Positions 29,333 through 41,291 of a DNA stretch of 64,000 nt are shown here, in pieces; the stretch's first letter is position 1, and every line of letters begins with the position of its first letter. Under the pieces are notes generated by a model. The model did no database searches. It worked only from the letters and a program-made list of their open reading frames with translations, and had not been told where the DNA came from. The translations under genes were made by a program, and so were the position numbers. Source of the stretch: Strigamia acuminata (Eukaryota); assembly GCA_949358305.1 (NCBI GenBank), contig OX442314.1, positions 18,414,001-18,478,000 of the forward strand, in the 5' to 3' direction.

Positions 29333-30230
29333 CCTGTTTCAAGAGCTCTTTGAATTTAATCAGAATTTAATCAGAATTTGCTTTAAAACAGAATTGGTGA
29401 GAAAAGAAATAAAAATTCGAAAGGAATACGTTTGAGTTTCAATTTTCTGGAACTAAAACTGGAATTGATTCGAAATTGAATGGCTTTTAAATCTGTGTCT
29501 TGCGGGTTGAAAGAACCCAGGTCAGGATTAGGTCGGCTTGACAGAGTCGTTGTGCTAGGTTCACATGGGTCTTCACAATATAGCTATCAGAAAATAATTA
29601 CCTATCCGATGTTCACAGTTCACATTTGTTCTTATTTTTTATTTTTTTTACTTTATTTTATTTGCTGCACACAGTGCAGTCAGATCATGTGAATTGATCA
29701 TGTGACTGCATGACTTGAAGCTGATTGCTTCAAAGTTGCTTTCTGATGCTATCAGTACTTTACTTTCTTCTTAATTTATCTCCAACAATGCACTTTGTTC
29801 TCCCGCCCCCCTTTCCCCCGTTAGTGTAATTACTTCTTCTTATTACCAGTGTGAACTTTGGTTAGGTTAGGTTAGTTAAGGCCATATGCTATTGCTTCTA
29901 GTCGTCCCTGGAAGCAGAAAACGTAATAATCTGCAATTCGGTGCTCTTGTTTCAAATGTTCTGTTTGTTCCTTTTGAAATTATTCCAATTTGATGCAAAT
30001 CCATATCCAATTTGCTTCAAAATTGCTCAAAACTACTTATATTCAAGAGGGATCTGATACTTTTCTTAGGGAAATGTGCTTTGAGTGTGCGAGGCTGTGA
30101 ATCACTGTTATCACAATCGCAATGTGACTATAATTTTCATAAGTGCATTCATTATCTGACATCTGTCAAGTAGTACAAAAGGAAATATGTTACTTTTAAT
30201 TTTCATAAAACAGAAGTAGTTTATTAGTAA

Positions 30231-30268
30231 CCACTGAAGATGACTGGTAATGGTCGAAAGGCCTTTGG
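30231..30268 (+). ncRNA. Minimal type-I hammerhead ribozyme motif (Penelope-like remnant)
   Basis: CCA-CTGAAGA-T-GACT(GGTAAT)GGTC-GAAA-GGCC-TT-TGG: core boxes, 4-bp stem II, palindromic minimal stem III, 3-bp stem I. Confidence 0.55.
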
Positions 30269-33200
30269 GATGAAACCAACATCGCATATTGTGTTTGTCA
30301 TTTAAACATTTTTTATTACAACATCAAAGTGATACGCATTTGAAATTAAAAGCATAAAACGTATTTTTTTTCTTCCTTTTTTATTAATTCATAAAAAAAA
30401 CTCATTTTAGTAAAAATTACCATCCTTCTGTTCCACACACAGCGTTATATCCTTTGTTGTCTCTGGATCACGTTGTAAATTTTGAAAGTTGCATGTCATA
30501 GGTCCATATATCTCAAACTCAAATTCCACAAAAGAGATTTTCTTATTCTACTTGGCAACAGAACGTGCCCTCTCCGTGTTAAAATAAACCTGTCAAGTCG
30601 TGTGTAGTCAACGCGGTTAAAGGCTACTTGAATTACACTCGCAATTGAAGTGTCCGTCCGCTGAAACTTCTTGATAGTGAGAGAGCTGTGAGAGCACGCA
30701 ACTTTCAGCTTTGGAAGCGGAATACAGAATTTTTCTAAATTTATTCTCTAATTCTTTTTACGTGCTGATTTATTTGGTTGGGAATATTACAAAAGGTCAA
30801 CTCTGTCGTCAAACCTAATGATTTAGGAAGTGAAATGAATAAATGAAATTTATTTGCATCATTCGAGATAACAAAAAAAAAATGCATAATTTAATTGGAC
30901 ACAACTGTTTTTGATCTTTCCCTAATGAAATTTAACTTTAGCCTATGGAACTTTGGACTGAAAAAATGTCTCGTGACATTAAACAATGTCAAGCAATGTT
31001 TTATACGAATCGTGCAACGTCGCATAACTAGAATTTGATTGCGTGATGTTGTAACTACTCATTAACTTGTATCATGTCAGTTTTAAGAGGAAAGATTGTC
31101 GGATATGACGTTAGTTTGTTCTATATAAAGGAGATCGCAGTATCTTTCAAGGCCAATGTCAACTTATCAATTTTTTTTTATTGGTACTTTAAGTTATCTT
31201 AATGGGCACCTTCGTGATGAATGTAAATAGCGTGTGAAGATTTACACAATGTGGCATTTAACAAGTTTTTATTTACCTTTTAAATGGGACATAATAAATA
31301 TTTCAATGTTGTAGATAAGGAAGGTTTAGGTTAAATCATTAAATTTGCACTTCTTTGGCCAAAATGTGAAGGATAAGAGACTTACCACAGTTTACCTCCT
31401 TATAACACTTTAATCTAGGCTTCGTAAACAACGTGCTGGGGTTTCAATAATGGCGACGTTTGTTGGGTTGTTTGCGGCTGTAGTCGAGATTAGAGGGTAT
31501 TTGAGGAGAAAAAGTATGGCTGCTGGCGGCCGTTGTTGTAATTTGTCGAGAAATTGCGAATACGGCGAGTGTTGTTTGAAAGGCAACGCTTTGATCCAAG
31601 TTTGTGAATTGATCGAAAGTGAAATAAATCATGAACAACGAACAAGATCAATAGCCATTTGTTTGAAATGTTGCTCGAATGCGTAATAGGAAATGACCAA
31701 AAGCGTCACACCTATTGAATTCGCGAAAAGCGCTCTTTAAACTTTGCTTTCAACACGAAGTATTGTGCATCACAAGCCAGAATTTGTGCGAATAATTTCG
31801 GGAATTAAGATTCATGGACCGTGGCAACTATTTCTAACGATTACACCGCGGTAGACACTCAGCACTTTTGTCGTCCAATTTCCAGCAAATCAGGAAAAAG
31901 AAAGAAAGCATTCGGTGCAAAAAAAAGCTACTATTCTTATGGAAATATATTTCAATGTTATTGTATAATTTTTGAATTTAACAAAGTTGTGGCGTTGTGG
32001 AAATTTTTGTTTTGGCAATTCCTGTCAGTCAAGTTTGCGGGTGGTGCGTGGAAAGGTGAGTCTTTCCAAACGGATAAATTCAACTTTAACAATTGGAGTA
32101 AAGTGATCTTTCTTCATTGGAAAGTATTGATTTACAGTAGGTGTGTTGATTGAAAGGAGAAGCCACTTCTCCTTAAACGAACGTTACCTTTTCTTTTGAG
32201 GATCGCTCGTATTTGACACCGTTACCTATTGTCTTTTTATACAAGTAAATCAAATCTGAATTTCAGTGATTTGGTTGGAAATATTGATGTCGCAGGTGCT
32301 CACCGCTGAGTTACTTGAAAATCCAGTGTTTCAATTATCCCTTATGGGTGTTCGGTGATGCATTATGTGCAGAATTTTCAAGAAAAATTATTTTGCTTTG
32401 AACGGTTAATCAATATGTTTGTGAATGTAGACAATAACAAACTTGGAATTGACTTAAGAAGATCGTAAAGCGTGAGAGTGAACAAAATATGTTTAAACAA
32501 CATAAACAACTTTTATTTCATCTAATAATAATGAGAAAAGCAATAACTAACTCAATTGTATTTCTAGAGTATGACATCTAATAAAATTATACACTTTAAT
32601 GTTCATAAAGATTTTTAGAAAAGTCGTTAATTTTCTAGGAAAACATAATGAAAGTTGTTGACACTGAGTTTTCCATGTAATTTCCTTTTTTAATGTTTTA
32701 AAAAAAATATATTTTAATGAAATTTCATTGTTTTAGTTTTAAATTTAAACATTTACCGGATTCGACATGCCGTAACGATTTATATTACATAGATATAAAT
32801 ACATTCCATGATTTTTTTTATATAATATGTATATATATATTTTATTTTTAACCCTTGGAGAATCGTTTGACATAGATTGGAAGTCTAAGCTCAGTCATGC
32901 TGGGGAAAGTGTGTAGAGTCGAGCTGGAAATCGCTATCGATCTGTTGCTGGCTCCGAGGGAACCAGTTGAGGGAGAGAATAAGAGGACTGCTCTTACTTG
33001 TTTTCTAACAGCAAATGAAAAAAGGGTTGTATTGAGTACTACCAAAAGAAAATTCAGTAGAGTTGATGTTCCGTGTTGCTCATATTTTATTCATGTCCGA
33101 AGTCGAAGTGGGGTTTCTCGCTTGACCAATTTCTTCGATTGACAGCACAGTTGTATGATTAAAAAAAAAGAGGACGAGATTAAATTCAGGATGTAAACAT

Positions 33201-36200
33201 GAAAAATGTGTCCTCCAGTCAAGGAATAACATATACAAAGATAATTAAATTAAAACGATGCTGGCGGATATCATGGTTTTGTTCTTTCTTTGTTCCGACA
33301 TTCTTTTGTCCTTGTTTGTGGTTAAATTTGTTCTTTTTTTTATCTTGTTGTTTTCAATTGGAGTGATTTCGCTCAGATTGGGCTTAGCTGGTTGCATCAG
33401 AATTGGGTTTTAGTGTAGATGGAACTAGTGCTTTTCAGCTAATTGTATAGTGTTTTTCATGGACAGGAGGAGTGATCAGGTTAACGCCGTAGTTGACTAA
33501 TAAAGTGCGAGCGTGCACCACGGCGTCAAAGATTCATTATGAAGATATGAAAACAGGCAAAACGCCAATTTGTCCGTATTAGAAGATGCAAGCTTGAGAG
33601 AAAAAAAAATTTTTCTAAAGATGACATCAAACATAAATTCGAGTTAAAGTTGGTGGAAGAAGAAAAGTATAAATGAGTCTTGTTCTAGGTCAACTTAGTT
33701 TAAGCGTCATAGTTAAATTACATTTTTGCACATAAAAAGACAAAGAAAAATGAGTACTTGAAAAATAGTTGCTTAGCAACTGGTTTCGTGTATGTTTTTG
33801 ACAGAAAATGAAGTAAAGATGCTTTAGCTTGGGGCTTAGCGGAAAAAACGAGTCATGGTTGACCATGGGTCGACTGTAGTGCTTTTAAAGCGTGTAGTAT
33901 GCAGAGAACTGATAATGGGGGCATTTGTCACACTTGTTTGTAGCCATTACTCGGCGTCATTGCATTCGAAAGTAATGGCTATGATCGGAGTAATGGCTGT
34001 GTGATGAGACAACATTTTTAAGTAAGTTGTTAAATGGAGTGTGTATCTTTAAAGAGCCAGGAAATTTCGGAATTATTGATTCACCGAAAATAAAATAATA
34101 AGTGTAATTACAGGCTGCGACAATTATCATTGGAGGTACGCAATGCGGTTGTTAATGAAGTACGATTTTTATTTCTATTGTTTGTTAATAAACATTCGAC
34201 AGTGTGGACTTGCGGTTGACGTTTTATTTAATTAAAGAAAAAATTTAATGATGTCGTCTTTAAGTGGGATAGGGTGGTGGAAATAAATTCTACCATTTCA
34301 TCTCCTGCAATTTCGAATAAATTAGGATTTTTTTTTTCTTCTTCAATTTATGTCATCGGCTTGTTTTATTTAATGTTGCTGAGTAATTTGAAATTTTTGT
34401 GCCAACGAATTCTAAATTGGGGGAAAGAAGAAAAATTGCCTTCTATGGGGAATCAGTGGGAAATTTTACTGATATCACTTGTGAATCATCGTTACTCAGC
34501 GGAATAGTTTAAAGAGATGACAAATAACTAGAAGAGCGACTCGTCGTAATGATGAACATAGTTTGTTTTCGGTGCATAGCTCACTGAAACGAGGTTGAAT
34601 TTTGATCATAATGATTGATTACAACAAGATTTTTTTTTGAAATATGTTAATGTCTTGTAAACAAAAGAAATCAATAGGCCGATTCATGAAGTCGTGTTTA
34701 ACTTGGAGTAAAACGTGATTTCTTGCTTAAATGTGGTGTGTGTATGCCCACTGCGACTGAAAACATACTAAGTCGGTCGCTAGAGATAAGCAGTTTAAAA
34801 ATGTTGTTTAAAATCCTGTTTATTCTAAATTACTTTTTGAAGGCGCTTAGTAACGACGGCCTGCACAGCTTATAGTTGCATTCGAAAAGAGGTTTAGGCT
34901 GGTTTATCTTTTTTAAACCAGTCTACATACATATTTAAACAGTTAACGTGGTTCAAAGACTGTTTAAATGGAAAATGTGCAAAGCTTTAGGAAAGCGTGT
35001 TTAAAATTGCCGTTTAACTTGTTTTGTCGTTTGAAGTTTGACTGAATCGGAGTAAATCAAATAAAAAATGTAAGCATTACAACACATGCTTGTTTTAAAA
35101 TGTTGTTTACATCTAATATGAAAGGAAGTGCAATATTATTGACCGAAATAGTAGAGTAGAGCAGCTTTCATAAGTAATTGAACCATGTGTTAAATATTTA
35201 CACGTATGCAAATAGCTTGTTTGACGTGTTAAAAAATCGATTTGCATTGTCTTATATTCATAATAAATAAATGAATAAATGGAAATCAATTTAAGCTAGT
35301 GCTAAGTTTCCAAGAATTTTAAAAATAATTATTTAGAGTAAAATTAATTTGGTTGTTAGATCGGTAGCTCTTGCCAGGTAGGACTGATAGGAATGATCGT
35401 GGATTGCTGTGTTTGTAATTAATTGTAGGGGAAGTTAATTGTTTTGATGGACAAGGATACAGGACACTTTATTTTCGTTTGTTTTCATTAGTTGATTAGA
35501 AATTAAGTTGTAACTTGTGTTGCCAGCAGTGCAATCATTCTTGAAAGCGTTGTAAAAATGTTTTTCATTAGTTTAAATCCAAACAGTTTGCTGGTTTGCT
35601 AAGTAGTTTGGATGAGGTTTCCCATAAGAATTTGTCTGTCTGTTAACTTGTCATTTACCAATCTGTTGTGGTATTTCTAGGATCATTTGGCTTCACCATT
35701 TTGCTTCCGTCTTGTAGTCTTATAGACAATATGAAAATTAATTTTCAGTATTGATGGCAGTTAAGATTGTTTACAAAATGTTGTCAGTGACTGCATTCAA
35801 AAAGTTTTGTTATAAGTGTTTTTGTATTGTTTTTGTACATTACAGAATAAAAACAGAAACGCCTAAAACACTTGAAACTACGGCTTTTAGAATGCTGCTA
35901 CTGTTTTATTGCAGTTTGCTTGATGTCTGCAGAAAATGCAAAAAAAAAAAATGATTAATTAAAGTGTCATGAATATAACGTGTATAAAAGTCAACATTTA
36001 TTTTTCAAACAAAAAACCAGAGACGAACCGTCAACTCTGTTTATTTTAACAAAAGCAAGCTTTCCCCACATACGAATAAAAGAGAAATGCTATTTAAAGA
36101 AATGAATCCTTCACCAGGCACCAACAGAATAATTAACTTGCAAACTATGAATAAAATAGAAAACTTAGCCAAAACGGACAGTTGAATGAAATGAGATAAG

Positions 36201-36315
36201 CTTTGTAAAGCTATCGAACACGTGCCTGTTGCAAACTAAAATGGACACACAAACACCAGAACTGAGAAGCAATCTGAAACTACATATAAAAACCCACAGA
36301 TCGTTCCAAGAACAA

Positions 36316-37185
36316 CACCCTGTTGAGGCAGCAGGCCAAGTAAGCCGGCCTTCAAAAGGAGGGTGATGTTGATGTCGGGGATGGAGTTGTGGCCGTGTTG
36401 TTGAGGGGTTTGTTCCGAGAATGGGTCGCTATAGCGACGCGGTTTTAGCGACGTTGACTTTAGCGACCGCCACTTTAGCGACAGATACACTTTAGCGTCT
36501 AAAGGCGTCGCTAAGGTATGTCTATCGCTGAAGTGGAGGTCGCTGAAGTGATTCCCCAAAATGATTGGTTTTTAAATATTATTCTTGCAAATCGGCTGTC
36601 ATGCTAAATTGTTTTGAGAAACAATTTTTCATACTCGCCGAAATGAAACACAAAAAAATAAAAGTAAAAATAAAAAAGAAGGCACTAAGTATCGTTTTTT
36701 CTCTCCTTCCTCCTCCTCTTTGCTTTATTGGAGTCTTTTTTGATTTTAAATGTGGATGTCATTTTTAATGCCGTTACCAATTTTACCTACAATGACATCA
36801 ACTTTTATCGAAGATGCATTCTCAAAGTCAGTTAAACTTGTTTAAATGCCGTTTGCATGCCTATGCGACTGAAAACAGACTAAATCGCCGCGATTTTTCA
36901 AGTTAGATAGAAAAAATCAGTTAAAAAAGTTGTTTAAATATGTTGGTCTACATTACAATTGAAAAATTGTACTAATAATACTGCAGGTACGTCGCTAAAA
37001 TGTACCTGTCGCTAAAACGTGAGTTCGCTAAAACATACCGCATTTCAGCTATGCATAAAAATATGCACAGCTAAAGTGGCGGTCGAGAAGGAAAAGGATA
37101 TGTTAGGTGTGGTGGTGGTTGGTGTCATCTTGGTAGGCATATCTGCACTTTTGAAGGCCGGCATCTTCTGCCTCAACAGGGGGTG
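36316..37185. mobile_element. Foldback-like non-autonomous DNA element with outer inverted repeats and internal inverted TTAGCGAC/GTCGCTAA arrays
   Basis: CCCTGTTGAGGCAG...GCCGGCCTTCAAAAG at left and CTTTTGAAGGCCGGC...CTGCCTCAACAGGG at right; no clear TSD. Confidence 0.6.
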
Positions 37186-37670
37186 ATAGATAAACCCGTT
37201 TTGCTGCAAAAGTGGCTTGACTGCACAGTTCAAACAATGAACCCCTTATACTACAGGAAGGAATCGACTGGGATACATCAACAATGCAATTGTAATACAC
37301 CCAATTCTGTTTTTTTTTTGTTTTTTTTTACATATATAGTTTTGATTTAACTTGGCCTAGAAAAATAAATTCAATTCTGTTTTTATACGATTTATTTTGA
37401 TTTAACATGACATTTCAAAAAGATTTTTTTTAAAGTGGATGTTTGTAAACCTATGGACAAAAAAATCTTCACATTTGGAGCTGAAGTAGCCTGACAGCAT
37501 GTGAAGATTTTTTTATCCATAGGTGTACATCACAAAACAAAGACAAACACCTATAGCACTTAAAACACGACTTTTTGAATACAGCTAGTATCTTTTTTGC
37601 ACGATTCTTTTTGCTCTTTTTTTTTTCAAGAACGTATCTATAGTATAAAAACAGGATTTTAAGAACACTA

Positions 37671-37966
37671 CAATTTTCGCCCGGTATCTTGATGGCAAAT
37701 TCAAAATGCGCATCACTCTTCACATGAATTTAACATGGCGATTGTCAAGCTTGTTGCACAGAAAAGAAATAAAGCAATACAATTTTGGTACCATGTAAAT
37801 GTAAATTACTTTTGTTAATGAGTTTATTGCTGCTTGTTTACTTTATTTTAGCATTATTTGGTTGGGTTGCTGACTTAGTTGCTAAGTAAAAACTAGAATT
37901 AAGAAATCATCTGCGCAGAATGAGTGCGCAGTGTGAATTTGGCATCAAGATACCGGTCGCGAACTG
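37671..37966. mobile_element. Tc1/mariner-like MITE, older copy of the family at 40981
   Basis: TIR ...CGCCCGGTATCTTGATG / CATCAAGATACCGGTCGCGAACTG; TA flanks. Confidence 0.75.
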
Positions 37967-38127
37967 TAGACGGGGAAACACGACAAAAGGACAGAAAAAG
38001 AACTGAAATAGGTCTAAGCGTTAAGAATAAGCTGCCGATAGATGGCTAAAAGAAAGTAATAAGCCTAGAACTAAAAGAAATAGCATACAGCATAAAATAA
38101 ATGTTAAAATCATAATATCTGGCGTTA

Positions 38128-38308
38128 CTCTGTGAACGTTTCAGTAGCTGCATTCAAAAACTAAAATATTTTGTGTTTTACTTCAATTTTAAACCAAAAA
38201 GGACATCATTTCCTGTTTAACTCCCATGTTAAAACTTAAAATACACCTACCGTAAACTAAAATTGTTATTTTAATTTTTGAATGCAGCTAGTGAACTGTT
38301 TATACTGT
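38128..38308. mobile_element. Small inverted-repeat element (MITE-like)
   Basis: TAGCTGCATTCAAAAACTAAAATA versus TATTTTAATTTTTGAATGCAGCTA, with imperfect extension outward. Confidence 0.6.
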
Positions 38309-40218
38309 AATGTATGAACTTTTAATTTAAACAATATAATGTAGAAACTTAAATAAACTCATCGTTTGTTGTTGATGATGAATCAAAATTGTGATGTTTT
38401 TTTTATGTAACGTAAGTGACTGCCGTTCTCTGGTGTTGCTTTTATACAAAATAAGTAGGGTTAATGAAATTAAATATTGCCTTCACACAACCATAAAATT
38501 TCCATTGAAATTAACCGAGTTATCTCGGAAACACCTGTTTATCAAAATGAAGTCAGTACAGTCACCAGTCAACGTTGATTTCATGCCGTTTTGAGCAAGA
38601 TAAAAGTTGACATTTGAGTTGCGTAGAAAACTCTCCAAAATGCATTCATCTTTATCTCTTATCTCAACTTGTGGAATTATATTTCTTTAATAAAGTGACA
38701 ATTGTGAAGTATCACCTTTAGTTTCTTCAGTTTTATTCCTCTTTTTTTCTTTTTTTCGTCTTTTTATATGGAATAAAGTGTGATGTGGAGGAAAAACTTT
38801 TCTGTTTGAAGTGATAGGCAGGTTCAGTTGAAAGCCTCTGCTCCATATGAGAATGGGATGTAGGATTTGTTTGCACATCCTTGCAAAATCTCATCTGTTC
38901 CTTCATTTTTTCGCTCTCGCTTTGGTAAGCTGTTGAAAAAGTCTTGAAGAATCCTTCCAATGGCAGTCGGAAAAAGATAGAGAAGAAAAATTTATGTGTT
39001 CAGAATCGATCTAACAATTTTTGGATGACCGACCCCTACAGAATTGAGCCTCTTGGATAAGTGTACTTCATTAAGATCAGCAATGGGTGTTATTTCATGG
39101 AGTTTTTTTTCTTTTTTCGTTTCAAGTTTTTGGTTGAAGTGAGTGCAAAACCACATGTGTTATTGAATTTTTTTCTTGCTCATTTCCTAAAAGCGGATAA
39201 GAAAAAAAAATATATGGGCAAGTTAATGGTGCCCTGACTGACTCAATTATTGTTTGCGCTAATAAAGCTGAGTTGAAGATTATACAGGAATGGCCTAAAT
39301 AAAGCTTTTGTTGTAATGTAAGTAAATAAGTGGTTGTGGATGTAATTTTTAATTTAAAAAGGAGAATTTATTTTATGTTCTTAACTAGGACATGAATTAC
39401 ACACAATGATTGAAGTCGAGCTAAGAACAAATCGATTTTTTGAAAGGGGGCAAAAAAAAGAAAAAAATTCAATGGAATCTCCTCAAATTAGTGCATTGTC
39501 ATCTTTTTAGGTTCCACGAAGTTATCTTCAAATTTCCCTTTTAATTTTTTTTTTTAAATTTTTTATTTCTTAATAACTCCTGCAAAGAAAAATCAATTTA
39601 ATTCCACATTAAAATTAATGTAATGTCGGTTTAATGCATTAGCTTTTCAATGCTTATTCATTTGAAAACGCAGTAAAAAAAAAAAATTGGGACTTTAAAA
39701 GAAAAACACGTTTCACGTTGGTCTAAGCGAATATCTACTGTAATATTTCGATTTTAGGGTTTCCTCATCCATACGAATTGGAACACGCACAACCCTGTAG
39801 TAAAGTGCAGTCGTAACAATGGTCATGTCTTGGCACAAATTGCTAGTTATTGTAATGATGTCAAACCAAATAAAGCGGGTTGGGCCTTGGCCACTGGGCT
39901 CAACCCTGATACAACAATTGGCGCAGTGGACACTTTACTCGTTTGAAAATTCGCTCAATCTATACTCTGTATTCGGAAAAGGCCAGCTCAGCATCTTGCG
40001 ACACGTTTATCTCGAGATCAGTAGGTCCATTGGGACCAGAGAGCGGCCTGGAACAAACGGCTCGACAAATGGTTTCTTTCTATCTGCATTCTTACTTTTG
40101 CCGCTTTGCAAGATATTTGCACGGCAAGGTGCTGAGTCTTGTCTTTTTCTTATGAAAAACTACGTTTACACAACGGATTTAAGCTAAATCCGGCAAAAAG
40201 GTTGCAAAAACAACACTA

Positions 40219-40392
40219 GGTGCATTCATAAAGTCGTTTGAAATAAACAGCACTTTAAACAACTTTTTTAAACTGCTTGTCTCAAGATTACTTTAAAAAT
40301 GGCGGCCGATTTAGTCAATTTTCAGTTGCAGTGGACATTTAAGCATTAAAACATATTTAAGTGCACTATAAACATGCGTTTATGAATGCGTA
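40219..40392. mobile_element. Dispersed MITE family, possibly PIF/Harbinger-like; related copies at ~34677-34830 and ~36815-36945
   Basis: TIR core GCATTCATAAA / TTTATGAATGC; shared internal motif TGC(G/A)ACTGAAAA...ACTAA.TCG...TTGTTTAAA in three places. Confidence 0.5.
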
Positions 40393-40980
40393 TACTGGGT
40401 CGTCGTCGGAAGAAATTGATAAAACTTTAGTATTGTGTCGAATTAATCTTGTTTAAATTTATTTTTCCAAAAAATAATCTGATTAACTCGACATTGAAAT
40501 GTGTGGAAAAGATTAGAAGTGTGCAGTTGCGGTACAGGAGGTTATCGGGGAATTGTACATCATCAATTTCGAGTTTTGATAAGTTGGCCTTAGGAAATTG
40601 AGACATTGTTTGGTCAAATTGGCCATTACCATTAATGTCGAAAATGTGTAATTTATTTTTAAGGCTAATTTGATATCTGAGTCTCAACGATAATCATAAA
40701 GCGCAGCAATACTTTAATGTTTTGGTGTGTTTTAGCTTCATTACTTAGGAATGATAAAAGAGGGAACTGTAATACGAGCACGCATGTTAAGTTCATTACG
40801 GTTAACGGGTTAATTAGACGGTCGGTCCTATGCAAAGCAAAATGACTTTACCCCTTAGACCTGCTTTTTGGATGTAATGAACATTTTTTGCCTGCGTCAA
40901 GGGTATTTCGTTTGGAGTTGCTCAAGAAAATTACCTGGCACGTATCACGCTATGATATTTCATTTGTCCCATTTTGCCTA

Positions 40981-41291
40981 CAGTTTGCGCTCGGTATCTT
41001 GATAAAAAATTCGTACTGCGCATCCCATTCTGCGCAGACGGTTTTCTAATTTCAATTGTTATTTAGCAGTATTAAGACTAATAATGCTAAAAATAAGGTA
41101 AATAAATAAAAATATTTTAGTACTACACTGTAAATTACTTTTAATAATGAGTTTATTGTTGTTTATTTACTTTATTTTAGTATTATTAGGCCTAATATTA
41201 GGCTTAATACTGCTAAATGGTATTAGGAAATCGTCTGCGCAGAATGGGATGCGCAGTACGAATTTAGCATCAAGATATCGGGCGCGAACTG
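40981..41291. mobile_element. Tc1/mariner-like MITE with ~70-bp TIRs
   Basis: AAATTCGTACTGCGCATCCCATTCTGCGCAGACG is exactly inverted at the other end; TA|CAG...CTG|TA. Confidence 0.85.

Noticed and set aside
33941..33999. Hairpin TAGCCATTACT...AGTAATGGCTA as a miRNA precursor
   Set aside because: Stem too short, and a third copy of the arm suggests a repeat remnant.
36430..36550. CRISPR-like short repeat array
   Set aside because: Eukaryotic context; 8-bp motifs with irregular short spacing and inverted orientation are typical of transposon subterminal repeats.
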